The notes under the pieces: model-generated
Told to the model about the DNA's origin: nothing
The model's input: only the letters and a program-made list of their open reading frames with translations
Databases searched by the model: none
Made by a program: the position numbers and the translations under genes
Part shown: positions 38,898-47,003 of the stretch, in pieces
Layout of the letters: the number at the start of each line of letters is the position of its first letter
How positions within the stretch are numbered: the stretch's first letter is position 1
Source: an uncultured Candidatus Saccharibacteria bacterium
GTDB taxonomy: Bacteria; Patescibacteriota; Minisyncoccia; Phycocordibacterales; JAACPR01
Reading direction: 5' to 3'
Assembly: GCA_964507955.1 (NCBI GenBank)
Contig: CAZDRR010000001.1
Coordinates: forward strand, 344 to 64,343
DNA: 64,000 bases

Positions 38898-39523
38898 TAA
38901 AATGGAACATCGTCGTCAACATCATTGTCATCTACTTCTTCCGATTGGGAATTTTTGGAATTGGAAGATTGATTGTCTAAACCGAAATCATCATCATTTT
39001 GATTCTTATCGTTTTGTTTATTGTCAGGACGGAATTCTTCCTTCGCAGCATATAAAACTTGGGCAATAAATTCTTTTAAAAGAACGGCTAAAACTTCCGT
39101 TTCTCCAGCTTCTAAAGCAATCTTGAATGTCAATGCGGAATTTTTAACAATAGAAAGGCCAAAAGCATCAGAATCATAAGTCAAATTCTCATCTTTACCT
39201 TTGATTGTTCTTGGCTTATCCCAAGGAGTAAATTTGATAGAAGTTGAATCGTCGTTATTCTTATGGAAGGTAGCATAAGGAATTCTCGTCTTTAGAGATG
39301 ACAGTAATTCTCCAGCTTCATTCGCATTTAACTTGATTGTAATTGATTTTTTAGGGTTCTTAGCATTTTCTTTAAAAGACCCTGTTTTTGAGTTATCATT
39401 CCAACTGCTTTGGAGGACTGCGGAAACGAATAAAGCTACTCCTCCATCTCGGAGAGTGCCGATTTCAAAGCTCATTGCGCAACCATTATTTTTTGAGTTC
39501 GGTTTATAAAGAGTGTATTTCAT
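38897..39523 (-). CDS. ssDNA-binding protein, Whirly/PC4-like, with an acidic DDVPF tail
   Basis: Likely start is ATG 39523 (MKYTLYKP); the C-terminus DDNDVDDDVPF matches SSB tails; duplicated beta-alpha unit. Confidence 0.65.
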   Translation of the reverse strand: MKYTLYKPNSKNNGCAMSFEIGTLRDGGVALFVSAVLQSSWNDNSKTGSFKENAKNPKKSITIKLNANEAGELLSSLKTRIPYATFHKNNDDSTSIKFTPWDKPRTIKGKDENLTYDSDAFGLSIVKNSALTFKIALEAGETEVLAVLLKEFIAQVLYAAKEEFRPDNKQNDKNQNDDDFGLDNQSSNSKNSQSEEVDDNDVDDDVPF

Positions 39524-39562
39524 TTTGAAATAAGTGTAATTTCTTCTGACATATTGTAAAAG

Positions 39563-41116
39563 ATGTATTCCAAAATTCAACCCCAACAAATCAATTTGCA
39601 TACATTTTCCAGCCCAAGCGGACATTTTACGATTTCGCAAGGTTCCGATTATGTTTATCTTGATTTAAACAAGTATTTAACTGGAGATTTTAATTTTACA
39701 GGAAATATTTTAATTAATGGATCTCCTATTTTTACATCGGATACCACTAATGTCGTTGATCATTCTGATAATTTAATTTTATTGGGATCAAATAATACAG
39801 CCAATGGAACAGGAAACGTCATTGTAAATTCTATTTCAACAACAATTCATGGAACGAATAATCTTGTTTTAAATTCTTTTCCTGCTGGAACTTTTGACCA
39901 AAGCGTTACAAAATGCACAATTTTAGCAGGAACTTATGCTGGATTTAATAATAGTATTTCTGGATCAACTATTTTAAAAGATCAATCCAATTCAACATCT
40001 TGCACCGCTACAAAAAATAATGCTCTTTATGTTTCTTTTGTTGGAGGGAGTTATTTTGATGGCAATGTTAATTTTAGTAATTCTGTTTCTCTGGAAGATT
40101 TTGCCGATTTAAAATTAGCATCACAAAGTTCGGGCCTCTTTTCTGGAGATATTAATGTTTTAGGTAATATCTATTGGAAAAATACTTTAATTCCTTCTAT
40201 TAGTGATGTTACAGGAATTAGCGGAAGCTTACAGACTCAAATTACCAATTCTGGAGCTTTGTTAACAAGCGATTTAGACGCCTTAGAATTTCTTGTTACT
40301 GGAACATCTACAAATCTAAGTGGCAAAAGTGTTTTTACAACAGGCGATCAAACAATTTCTGGAATTAAAACTTTTTATAATGATATCCTTTTATCTTCTT
40401 CTTCTTTAATTGGAGATACGGGAATAAGTAACTTTATTCAATTTGCGGATAAAAACGTCGTTAATTCTTCTGGTGATTTGCTCAAAATAGTTTCAAAAGA
40501 CTCTTGCGCTATTTTAATTGATTCTAATGATACTAAGTCTGGAGATTCAAATTTCTTTAATGGAGATACTTCTTTCAATAATTCTTTTGTTATTGGTAAG
40601 GGATTTGATGATTTGGATGGGGCAGATCCTTTAATGGCAGTAGATTACTATGGCAATTTAGTTGTTACTGGAAATTTAATCTTAAAAAATAGTGCGGGAT
40701 TAGTGCCTACTGGAGATTCTGACGCTATAGGAACTCATGGAGCTTTTGTTCAAAAAAATCAATATCTTTACATTAAAAATAACAATACTTGGATGAGATT
40801 CTCTGGAATCAGCACTTGGGATAATTCTAATCCAGATATCATCGCAGCGGGTTATCAAATTGTGCCAAATAATGGAACTGCCAATAGTCATGGATTTTTC
40901 CGCTCAAATGGCACTACACCAAGTTCTTCTGGACTTGATCTTGCCAGCGGCATATATACGGCAACCGTTATTTCTCCACCAGTATTAATTGCATGGTCCT
41001 ACACAACCTCAGATGCGCAATGGCCAAGTTATGCGGAGTGTTCAATAAGCACTCATACTATCAGAACAACTTATGATTTGGAAAATGAAGCCTTTTATGT
41101 AAAGGTTATTTCTTAA
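39563..41116 (+). CDS. Tail fibre/spike-like structural protein
   Basis: Beta-helix-like GxNN repeats, the TTGDQTISGIKTF fibre motif and YLYIKNNNTWMR; S/T-G-rich. Confidence 0.7.
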   Translation: MYSKIQPQQINLHTFSSPSGHFTISQGSDYVYLDLNKYLTGDFNFTGNILINGSPIFTSDTTNVVDHSDNLILLGSNNTANGTGNVIVNSISTTIHGTNNLVLNSFPAGTFDQSVTKCTILAGTYAGFNNSISGSTILKDQSNSTSCTATKNNALYVSFVGGSYFDGNVNFSNSVSLEDFADLKLASQSSGLFSGDINVLGNIYWKNTLIPSISDVTGISGSLQTQITNSGALLTSDLDALEFLVTGTSTNLSGKSVFTTGDQTISGIKTFYNDILLSSSSLIGDTGISNFIQFADKNVVNSSGDLLKIVSKDSCAILIDSNDTKSGDSNFFNGDTSFNNSFVIGKGFDDLDGADPLMAVDYYGNLVVTGNLILKNSAGLVPTGDSDAIGTHGAFVQKNQYLYIKNNNTWMRFSGISTWDNSNPDIIAAGYQIVPNNGTANSHGFFRSNGTTPSSSGLDLASGIYTATVISPPVLIAWSYTTSDAQWPSYAECSISTHTIRTTYDLENEAFYVKVIS

Positions 41117-41490
41117 AATTCAATAATTGCAGATTTTGTCTCAATTTTCTTTGGCGTATCTTTTAAGTGCTTTTTACCCTTATTTTTCTTCTTATAATCG
41201 TCAAAGAATTTACGTTTAACAGGATCTTCTCCAGTTGCAGATGCCCGTTTTTCAGAAAGTTCGGCAGATAAATCCATCATATCTCCAACAGTTCCTTTTT
41301 TGGAACCTGTTTTATTTACGAAATCTTTTGCAGAATGAGGATCAATAGTTGTATCTATTGAGGCATTTGGAATAGTAAAAATTCTTTTCCACGCAATACC
41401 ATCTTGGTAATACTCATGTTTGTCATTCATGCCTTGGAGAATTTCTTTGATTTCTCCAGTTTCTTCATTCTGGTAAAGGTAAAGTGGCAT
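41113..41490 (-). CDS. FmdB-like regulatory protein with a degenerate zinc ribbon
   Basis: MPLYLY...G...EI.Q.M...WKRIF.P pattern, but the cysteines are absent. Confidence 0.55.
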   Translation of the reverse strand: MPLYLYQNEETGEIKEILQGMNDKHEYYQDGIAWKRIFTIPNASIDTTIDPHSAKDFVNKTGSKKGTVGDMMDLSAELSEKRASATGEDPVKRKFFDDYKKKNKGKKHLKDTPKKIETKSAIIEF

Positions 41491-42569
41491 TATAGCATCT
41501 TTGTTAAAATTTGATCAACTGTATTTTTATAAGTAAATTGTTTCCCCATTATCAATCCGTTTGTATTGACGGTTTTGGCTTTTAATACCGCTCTTTCCAT
41601 ACCATCAATCAAAGAATCTTCGCTAAGAAGAAAGTAATTGCCCTGATTAAAAGGAAGACCTTTTCTGAAAAAGAAATTATCGTAGCACGGTTGTTCTCCG
41701 ACAGGCTCAACAAGAATTGAATTATCTTCTGTAGCCCAATCTTTATGAGAAGAACAATTAGAAACTACCGACCATTTTCCTAAAGCCGTCGTATTAAATG
41801 CCCCCATATTCCAACCCTCTCCATTCGAAAAACCAGATAAATCAATATCTATAGCGTTCATCAATTCAAGAACTTCGGAATTTGTATCGAGCGATGGAAG
41901 AAAATTGATATTTGTCCACTCTTTATCCCCAAGGGTTTCTTGTAAAATTTGTTTGTATTGTTCTGGAGTAAAAAAGGGATTATTGACAAGGCAAGTTAAT
42001 AAATATTTTGGGTCGTTGCCATATTTTTTCAACCAAGTTTGGATAATTTGTCGAGTATTTTTCCTGCGTTCAAATTTTCCAATTAATCCAAAATGTATAA
42101 CGTCATCGTTAAACTTTTTATCAATTACATGAAAGTCTTCGTCAAATCCTAAAGGAACATGGGAAACATTATCGCAGCCAGCATTTTTAAAGATATTTGC
42201 GGCAATGGAACTTGAAAAGAAAACATGTTCTTGACTTTTCACTAAAGCGATTTCTTCTTGGGTTGGAGAAGAAACTTCGTAATATGTATAAAGAAATTGT
42301 TTTGGAGCAATTCTGTTTTCAGAACCATTGATATGCCAATTTTTAAGAACAGGATACTTTTTGTCCAACGTTTTGAATCTATTCTGTCCAGATTCCTTAA
42401 TCCAATCAATGAATTCTTTTGGAGCTTTGTCGAAGGCTTGGAAATTAGCCTGATCGCCTACGGGGAAAAGGGAAACTTCGGCATTTCTTTTCCAAAGTTC
42501 CTTTAAAAAATTCATTGATACATTCCCTAAACTCAAGGAATTGATGGGGCCATTAAAGTGAAGTTTCAT
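41490..42569 (-). CDS. GT4-like glycosyltransferase
   Basis: VPLGFD, GKFERRKN and GEGWNMGAF motifs. Confidence 0.8.
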   Translation of the reverse strand: MKLHFNGPINSLSLGNVSMNFLKELWKRNAEVSLFPVGDQANFQAFDKAPKEFIDWIKESGQNRFKTLDKKYPVLKNWHINGSENRIAPKQFLYTYYEVSSPTQEEIALVKSQEHVFFSSSIAANIFKNAGCDNVSHVPLGFDEDFHVIDKKFNDDVIHFGLIGKFERRKNTRQIIQTWLKKYGNDPKYLLTCLVNNPFFTPEQYKQILQETLGDKEWTNINFLPSLDTNSEVLELMNAIDIDLSGFSNGEGWNMGAFNTTALGKWSVVSNCSSHKDWATEDNSILVEPVGEQPCYDNFFFRKGLPFNQGNYFLLSEDSLIDGMERAVLKAKTVNTNGLIMGKQFTYKNTVDQILTKML

Positions 42570-43146
42570 TTTCTTCTATTTTTTTGAGAATTTTTGAGAG
42601 ATTTTTATCATGTATTCCAATACATCCTTGAATAGATAGATTCATTTTTTCGGCAACTTCTTTCCATGCTTTTAATTTCCCGTTAGTTGTAGAAAAATAT
42701 CTTTCCATAAAGATTTCTTTGATACGCTTATCAGTAAATGAGTCAAGAGCTTTATTAATTTTTTCAAGCAATTCACTTTTCTCCATGGCGCAATCAGGGC
42801 TATCACTTTCCGAAGGAAGACAATAACCTAAAGAATCGAAATCTACAATATTCGCGCTTTTTTTGTTATTTGTTTTGTTTGTCAAACATAAGTATCTTGT
42901 GCGTAAAGCTAAAAAAGTAGAAAATTTGCTTTTTGTTGGATCGTAATTTAATGCCGCATTATAAATATTGTAATTCTTTTCAAGCATTAAATCGTCAAAT
43001 TGGGTATCTGTCAAACTTGATCCACCATACTTCATTATCATGTCAACGTAAATACCAGAATGTCTTTGGATCAATTCATCCAAAGCCATAGGATCATTTT
43101 CTTGTTTAACTTTATCTACTAATTGGCTATCTAAAATTTCTGTCAT
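42553..43146 (-). CDS. RNA polymerase sigma factor (sigma70 family, regions 2 and 4)
   Basis: ALDELIQRH, AALNYDPTKSKFSTF and the HTH KEVAEKMNLS. Confidence 0.85.
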   Translation of the reverse strand: MTEILDSQLVDKVKQENDPMALDELIQRHSGIYVDMIMKYGGSSLTDTQFDDLMLEKNYNIYNAALNYDPTKSKFSTFLALRTRYLCLTNKTNNKKSANIVDFDSLGYCLPSESDSPDCAMEKSELLEKINKALDSFTDKRIKEIFMERYFSTTNGKLKAWKEVAEKMNLSIQGCIGIHDKNLSKILKKIEENETSL

Positions 43147-43745
43147 AGAAAATACTTAATATTGTTCATAACGAAAGACTCACACAATTTTTTTGACATG
43201 ATTTTCAAATCTTCTGGAGTTTTGGCGGAAGGCCAATCTATTTGAAAGTCTGCATTTTTATGCAGGACTGGATCATTGCGTTTTTCGTCTTCGTTTGGAG
43301 CTTTAAAATATTTCTTTTTGTCTGCCACAAGATCAAAGCGTTTAATATGAATTAATTTACCATTTTGATTTTTAAGCCAAAACAATTCATCCGCTTCGTT
43401 GTCAGCATATCGAATATCTGAAATGATATATACGTCGGCTTTCTCAATGTCCATTCTTTGTTGCAACATAGATGTGAAATATCCGCCTTTGGTAGCTATT
43501 CGCTTGGCATATCCATAAGCGACCAATAAAGGGCGAAATCGTTCTTTTTCTTCACCATCTAATTCAAAGACATCGACATTAAATTTTTCTTTTAAGAAAG
43601 GGGCCATTTCTTCTTTTAAGCACTGCGCTAAAGAAACCCTCTGAACGTTAAGATTTGGAAAGGAATTTTTGATTTCCTTTTCCAAGGCGTCCGCGATTGT
43701 ATCTTTTCCAGAACGAGCTAATCCTGATACTCCAATAATTTTCAT
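43143..43745 (-). CDS. Deoxynucleoside monophosphate kinase
   Basis: IIGVSGLARSGKDT P-loop; RPLLVAYG; ISDIRY...E. Confidence 0.8.
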   Translation of the reverse strand: MKIIGVSGLARSGKDTIADALEKEIKNSFPNLNVQRVSLAQCLKEEMAPFLKEKFNVDVFELDGEEKERFRPLLVAYGYAKRIATKGGYFTSMLQQRMDIEKADVYIISDIRYADNEADELFWLKNQNGKLIHIKRFDLVADKKKYFKAPNEDEKRNDPVLHKNADFQIDWPSAKTPEDLKIMSKKLCESFVMNNIKYFL

Positions 43746-44251
43746 AATCCTGTGCTGCCAAAGCCTCCTTCTCCTCTTTCGGATTCGCCCACTTCGCCAA
43801 CCTCCAAAGTTGGAACGGAAACTGGCATGAACACCAATTGGGCAATTTTATCTCCTTTTTTGTAAATGTTTTGAAAGCCTGACCAATTGCTGACACTTAC
43901 CTGAATCCCAATTAAATCCTTGAAAACAAGATCTTTGGGCTGAATAATGTATTTAAATCGGACAATTAAATTTCCTTTGTAAGAAGGGTCAATGACACCT
44001 ACAGAATTTGCCAAAACCAAATCGTATTTTGACAAAGAGGATCTTGGGATAATCATCGTAAAAAATCCCTGTGGGGGATTTACTTTTACACCAGTATCAT
44101 ACTCAATATAGTCAATTCTTGTCCAATCACCATTAAAATTCTTTTCTCCAACAATTTTTGGATCTGTGGCTGCGATCAAATCGAATCCTACGTCTCCCTC
44201 AAGTGCTGGGGTGCGGATGCCATCTAAATTAGAAACCGTTGCTTTCGACAT
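43742..44251 (-). CDS. dut: dUTPase (trimeric)
   Basis: GFDL, PRSS, GVIDPSYKG, KIAQLV and RGEGGFGSTG motifs. Confidence 0.95.
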   Translation of the reverse strand: MSKATVSNLDGIRTPALEGDVGFDLIAATDPKIVGEKNFNGDWTRIDYIEYDTGVKVNPPQGFFTMIIPRSSLSKYDLVLANSVGVIDPSYKGNLIVRFKYIIQPKDLVFKDLIGIQVSVSNWSGFQNIYKKGDKIAQLVFMPVSVPTLEVGEVGESERGEGGFGSTGL

Positions 44252-44257
44252 TGCCTT

Positions 44258-44285
44258 ATAGTAAATTTTGTGTTCGAAATGTCAA
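44258..44285 (-). promoter_or_regulatory. sigma70-type promoter, leaderless dut transcript
   Basis: TTGACA-N16-TACTAT-N6-ATG on the minus strand. Confidence 0.75.
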
Positions 44286-44295
44286 GAACTTTTTA

Positions 44296-44333
44296 CGATT
44301 ACAAAAAAAGTTGCCCGATTACAAAAAAAGTTG
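44296..44333. repeat. Tandem 18-bp direct repeat with a 20-bp period
   Basis: CGATTACAAAAAAAGTTG at 44296-44313 and 44316-44333. Confidence 0.95.
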
Positions 44334-44513
44334 TTGAATTCCTTTTTTTCGTGCCTATATATTTAAGTGGGTTCTGATGGATCAAACTTAATCTTACGAT
44401 AACCAAATTTAACTATAACTTCGTTTAGTTTAAATATAGTTACGTTAAAGTTATTTAATTACTCACTACGTTCGTAATTAAATGGGAAATTTGGGTTCCG
44501 AGCAAAAAAGTTC

Positions 44514-44541
44514 TTGACAAGAAAAATTTCCTTGTTATAAT
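44514..44541 (+). promoter_or_regulatory. Consensus sigma70-type promoter with extended -10
   Basis: TTGACA-N16-TATAAT, with TG one base upstream of the -10. Confidence 0.85.
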
Positions 44542-44546
44542 TAAAA

Positions 44547-44658
44547 AGTCCAAGCTAGTTGCGACAAAGTTTCGCACTTGATCAATTCCGATTATTGGGC
44601 TAAGGTTACGACAAAATTAAAACGCCCAATGGGACTCACAAGTTCGTCCCCCTTTTTT
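44547..44658 (+). ncRNA. Candidate small RNA or structured leader (three hairpins plus U-tract)
   Basis: Follows the consensus promoter with no ORF; stems TGCGA/TCGCA, ATTGGGC/GCCCAAT and GGGAC/GTCCC, then T6. Confidence 0.4.
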
Positions 44659-44835
44659 AAAAAATTATTTCTAAGACTCTGTGCTAACGTCAAAGTTCCG
44701 ACTTCTTCTTCGAAGAAAAGCTAGTGAAATCTCGCAAGCTCGATTTCATATTATACATCGCGTTTATGAAAAATTTTTGGCAAAAATGTGTTGCCAATTT
44801 TGGATATCGCGTTAGAATGTGTAAGATAAGAGACT

Positions 44836-46839
44836 ATGATTGACGTGCGCGATTTACGACAAAATGAGGTTAGAGAGTATCATGAAAAATATTGCATTTC
44901 CGAACTACTTCCAGAAGATTTTTTAAACAAATACAAGAATAAACAGCCTAATTGGGGCTTTAATGGGTTGGGCTATATTGTTTACAAAAGGACTTACGCT
45001 AGAGAAATTGTCAAGGGATTGACGGAGGAATGGTGGGAAACAGTTGCTCGTTGCGTTAACGGTGCGCAAAAAATTGGTGCGAAATATTCTGTTGAAGAAG
45101 CCCAAAGATTATATGATCTAGTCTTCAATTTAAAATGTAATTTTGCAGGACGAATGCTTTGGCAGTTGAATACGTCAACTGTTGAAAGATTCGGACTTGC
45201 CAGTTTGCTCAATTGCTGGTATTGCGCGATGAGGGACATTGATGACTTTTGTTTTGTATTTGAACATTTGATGTTAGGTGGGGGAGTGGGTTTTTCGGTC
45301 AAAAGGGAAGACGTTCATGAACTGCCTAGAGTTAAAAAAGGAGTAAGGATTACTCATGAAAAAACCAAAGATGCTGATTTTATTGTCCCTGATTCTCGAC
45401 AAGGATGGGTTGAATTGTTAAGAAAAACCATGCAATCATTTTTTGTCACGGGTAAATCTTTTTCATATTCAACAATTCTTGTGCGTGGCGCTGGAGAAAA
45501 AATTGCTGGATTCGGCGGCACTGCGAGCGGCCCACAAATCTTGATAGACGGAATCCAACAAATCGCGAATATTATCGCGAAAAGAGAAGGTAAAAAATTG
45601 CGTTCAATAGACGTTTTAGATATTAACAATATTATTGGCGATATTGTTGTGGCGGGCAATGTCAGGAGAAGTGCGGAAATTGCAATTGGAGATGCGGATG
45701 ATTATTTATATTTAAGGGCTAAAAATTGGAGTAATGGCAATATTCCAAACTGGAGGAGTAAATCGAACAATAGTATTGAAGCAGATTCATTTGAACACAT
45801 CAGCGATGAACTTTGGGAAAATGGTTATGTTCTTGATCCAAAGACAGGATTAGCAAAAGGCGAAGCTTACGGCTTCATCAATTTACAACTTTGTAAACAA
45901 TATGGGCGCTTAGGGGAAGAAAGAAAGGAAAACTGCGAAGGAGTTAATCCATGTGCGGAAATCACTCTTGCGGATGGGGAAGCATGTAATTTGGCAGAAC
46001 TTTATTTAAACAATATTGATTCTAAAGAAGAATTAATTGAATGTGCGAAACTACTTTATAAAACCCAAAAAGCGGTTTGGAATCTACCAGCACTTTACGA
46101 GAAAACAGAAAAAATTGTTTCCAAGAACAGGCGTATTGGGCTTGGAGTAACAGGTGTATGCCAATCTCTTGATAAACTTGATTGGTTGGACGAATGTTAC
46201 GTTACTCTTAGAGAATATGATAAAGAATGGAGTGCGCAAAATGGACTTCCAGAGAGCATCAAATTAACAACAGTTAAGCCAAGCGGCACCCTTTCCTTAT
46301 TGGCTGGATCAACAGCAGGAGGACATGCGGGCTATTCTCGTTGGATGATCAGAAGAGTAAGAATGGCTTCAACAGACCCTCTTATCAAGTTGTGCAGAGA
46401 AGCTGGATATAAAACCGAATACCTGTTACGCTTTGATGGAACAGAAGATTATTCTACAACTGTTGTAGAATTTCCTTGTGAGTTTTCTCCAGAAACCGTA
46501 TTGGCGAAAGATTTATCGGCTGTGGACCAAATGAATTTGGTGAAAAAGTTACAGACAATTTGGGCTGACAATTCCGTATCGGTGACGATTTATTATCAAC
46601 CAGAAGAATTGGATTCCATCAAAGATTGGATGAAGGAAAATTATAAAAATAGCACGAAAACACTAAGCTTTTTAATGCATAACAAACACGGATTTAAACA
46701 AGCTCCATTAGAAGAAATTTCCGAAGAAACATATCGCAAGATGATTAAAAAAGTTAAACCAATTGAACAAATTTTTGATATTGGTTCTACTCTCATTGAA
46801 GGTTTGGAATGCGAAGGAGGAGCATGTCCATTGAGGTAA
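44836..46839 (+). CDS. nrdJ: Class II (adenosylcobalamin-dependent) ribonucleotide reductase, monomeric RTPR type
   Basis: VYKRTYAR, LNCW, GGGVGFS, GNVRRSAEI, NPCAE, TTVKPSGT and C-terminal CEGGACP motifs; no beta-subunit gene nearby. Confidence 0.92.
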   Translation: MIDVRDLRQNEVREYHEKYCISELLPEDFLNKYKNKQPNWGFNGLGYIVYKRTYAREIVKGLTEEWWETVARCVNGAQKIGAKYSVEEAQRLYDLVFNLKCNFAGRMLWQLNTSTVERFGLASLLNCWYCAMRDIDDFCFVFEHLMLGGGVGFSVKREDVHELPRVKKGVRITHEKTKDADFIVPDSRQGWVELLRKTMQSFFVTGKSFSYSTILVRGAGEKIAGFGGTASGPQILIDGIQQIANIIAKREGKKLRSIDVLDINNIIGDIVVAGNVRRSAEIAIGDADDYLYLRAKNWSNGNIPNWRSKSNNSIEADSFEHISDELWENGYVLDPKTGLAKGEAYGFINLQLCKQYGRLGEERKENCEGVNPCAEITLADGEACNLAELYLNNIDSKEELIECAKLLYKTQKAVWNLPALYEKTEKIVSKNRRIGLGVTGVCQSLDKLDWLDECYVTLREYDKEWSAQNGLPESIKLTTVKPSGTLSLLAGSTAGGHAGYSRWMIRRVRMASTDPLIKLCREAGYKTEYLLRFDGTEDYSTTVVEFPCEFSPETVLAKDLSAVDQMNLVKKLQTIWADNSVSVTIYYQPEELDSIKDWMKENYKNSTKTLSFLMHNKHGFKQAPLEEISEETYRKMIKKVKPIEQIFDIGSTLIEGLECEGGACPLR

Positions 46840-46997
46840 CAAAGTGTATCTGTCACAATATCTCTTTTCAGGAGATTCTCAAAAAGAATAAACCCCTTCC
46901 TCTTTTACAGGAGGCGGGGGTTTGTGCTAATAAATGTAAATTATGCGTTCCCTTTTTGGAAAAAATAATTTTGAAAAAAGAAGAGAAAAATGAATAA
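46824..46997 (+). CDS. BFD-like [2Fe-2S] protein
   Basis: CICHNIS...CKLCVP (CxC...CxxC); AAGGAGGAG ribosome-binding site before ATG 46824. Confidence 0.7.
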   Translation: MSIEVTKCICHNISFQEILKKNKPLPLLQEAGVCANKCKLCVPFLEKIILKKEEKNE

Positions 46998-47003
46998 TCT
47001 GAT

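Noticed and set aside
39524-39640. N-terminal 39 aa of the track ORF 38897..39640
   Set aside because: It overlaps the opposite-strand fibre gene and a promoter; ATG 39523 is the more plausible start.
44296-44333. CRISPR mini-array
   Set aside because: Only two 18-bp copies separated by 2 bp, with no spacers. The Cas4-like nuclease at 57579 sits in a replication module with no other cas genes.
44547-44835. Cobalamin riboswitch upstream of the B12-dependent nrdJ
   Set aside because: The conserved B12-box and core motifs are not recognisable; the region is kept only as an unassigned structured RNA candidate.
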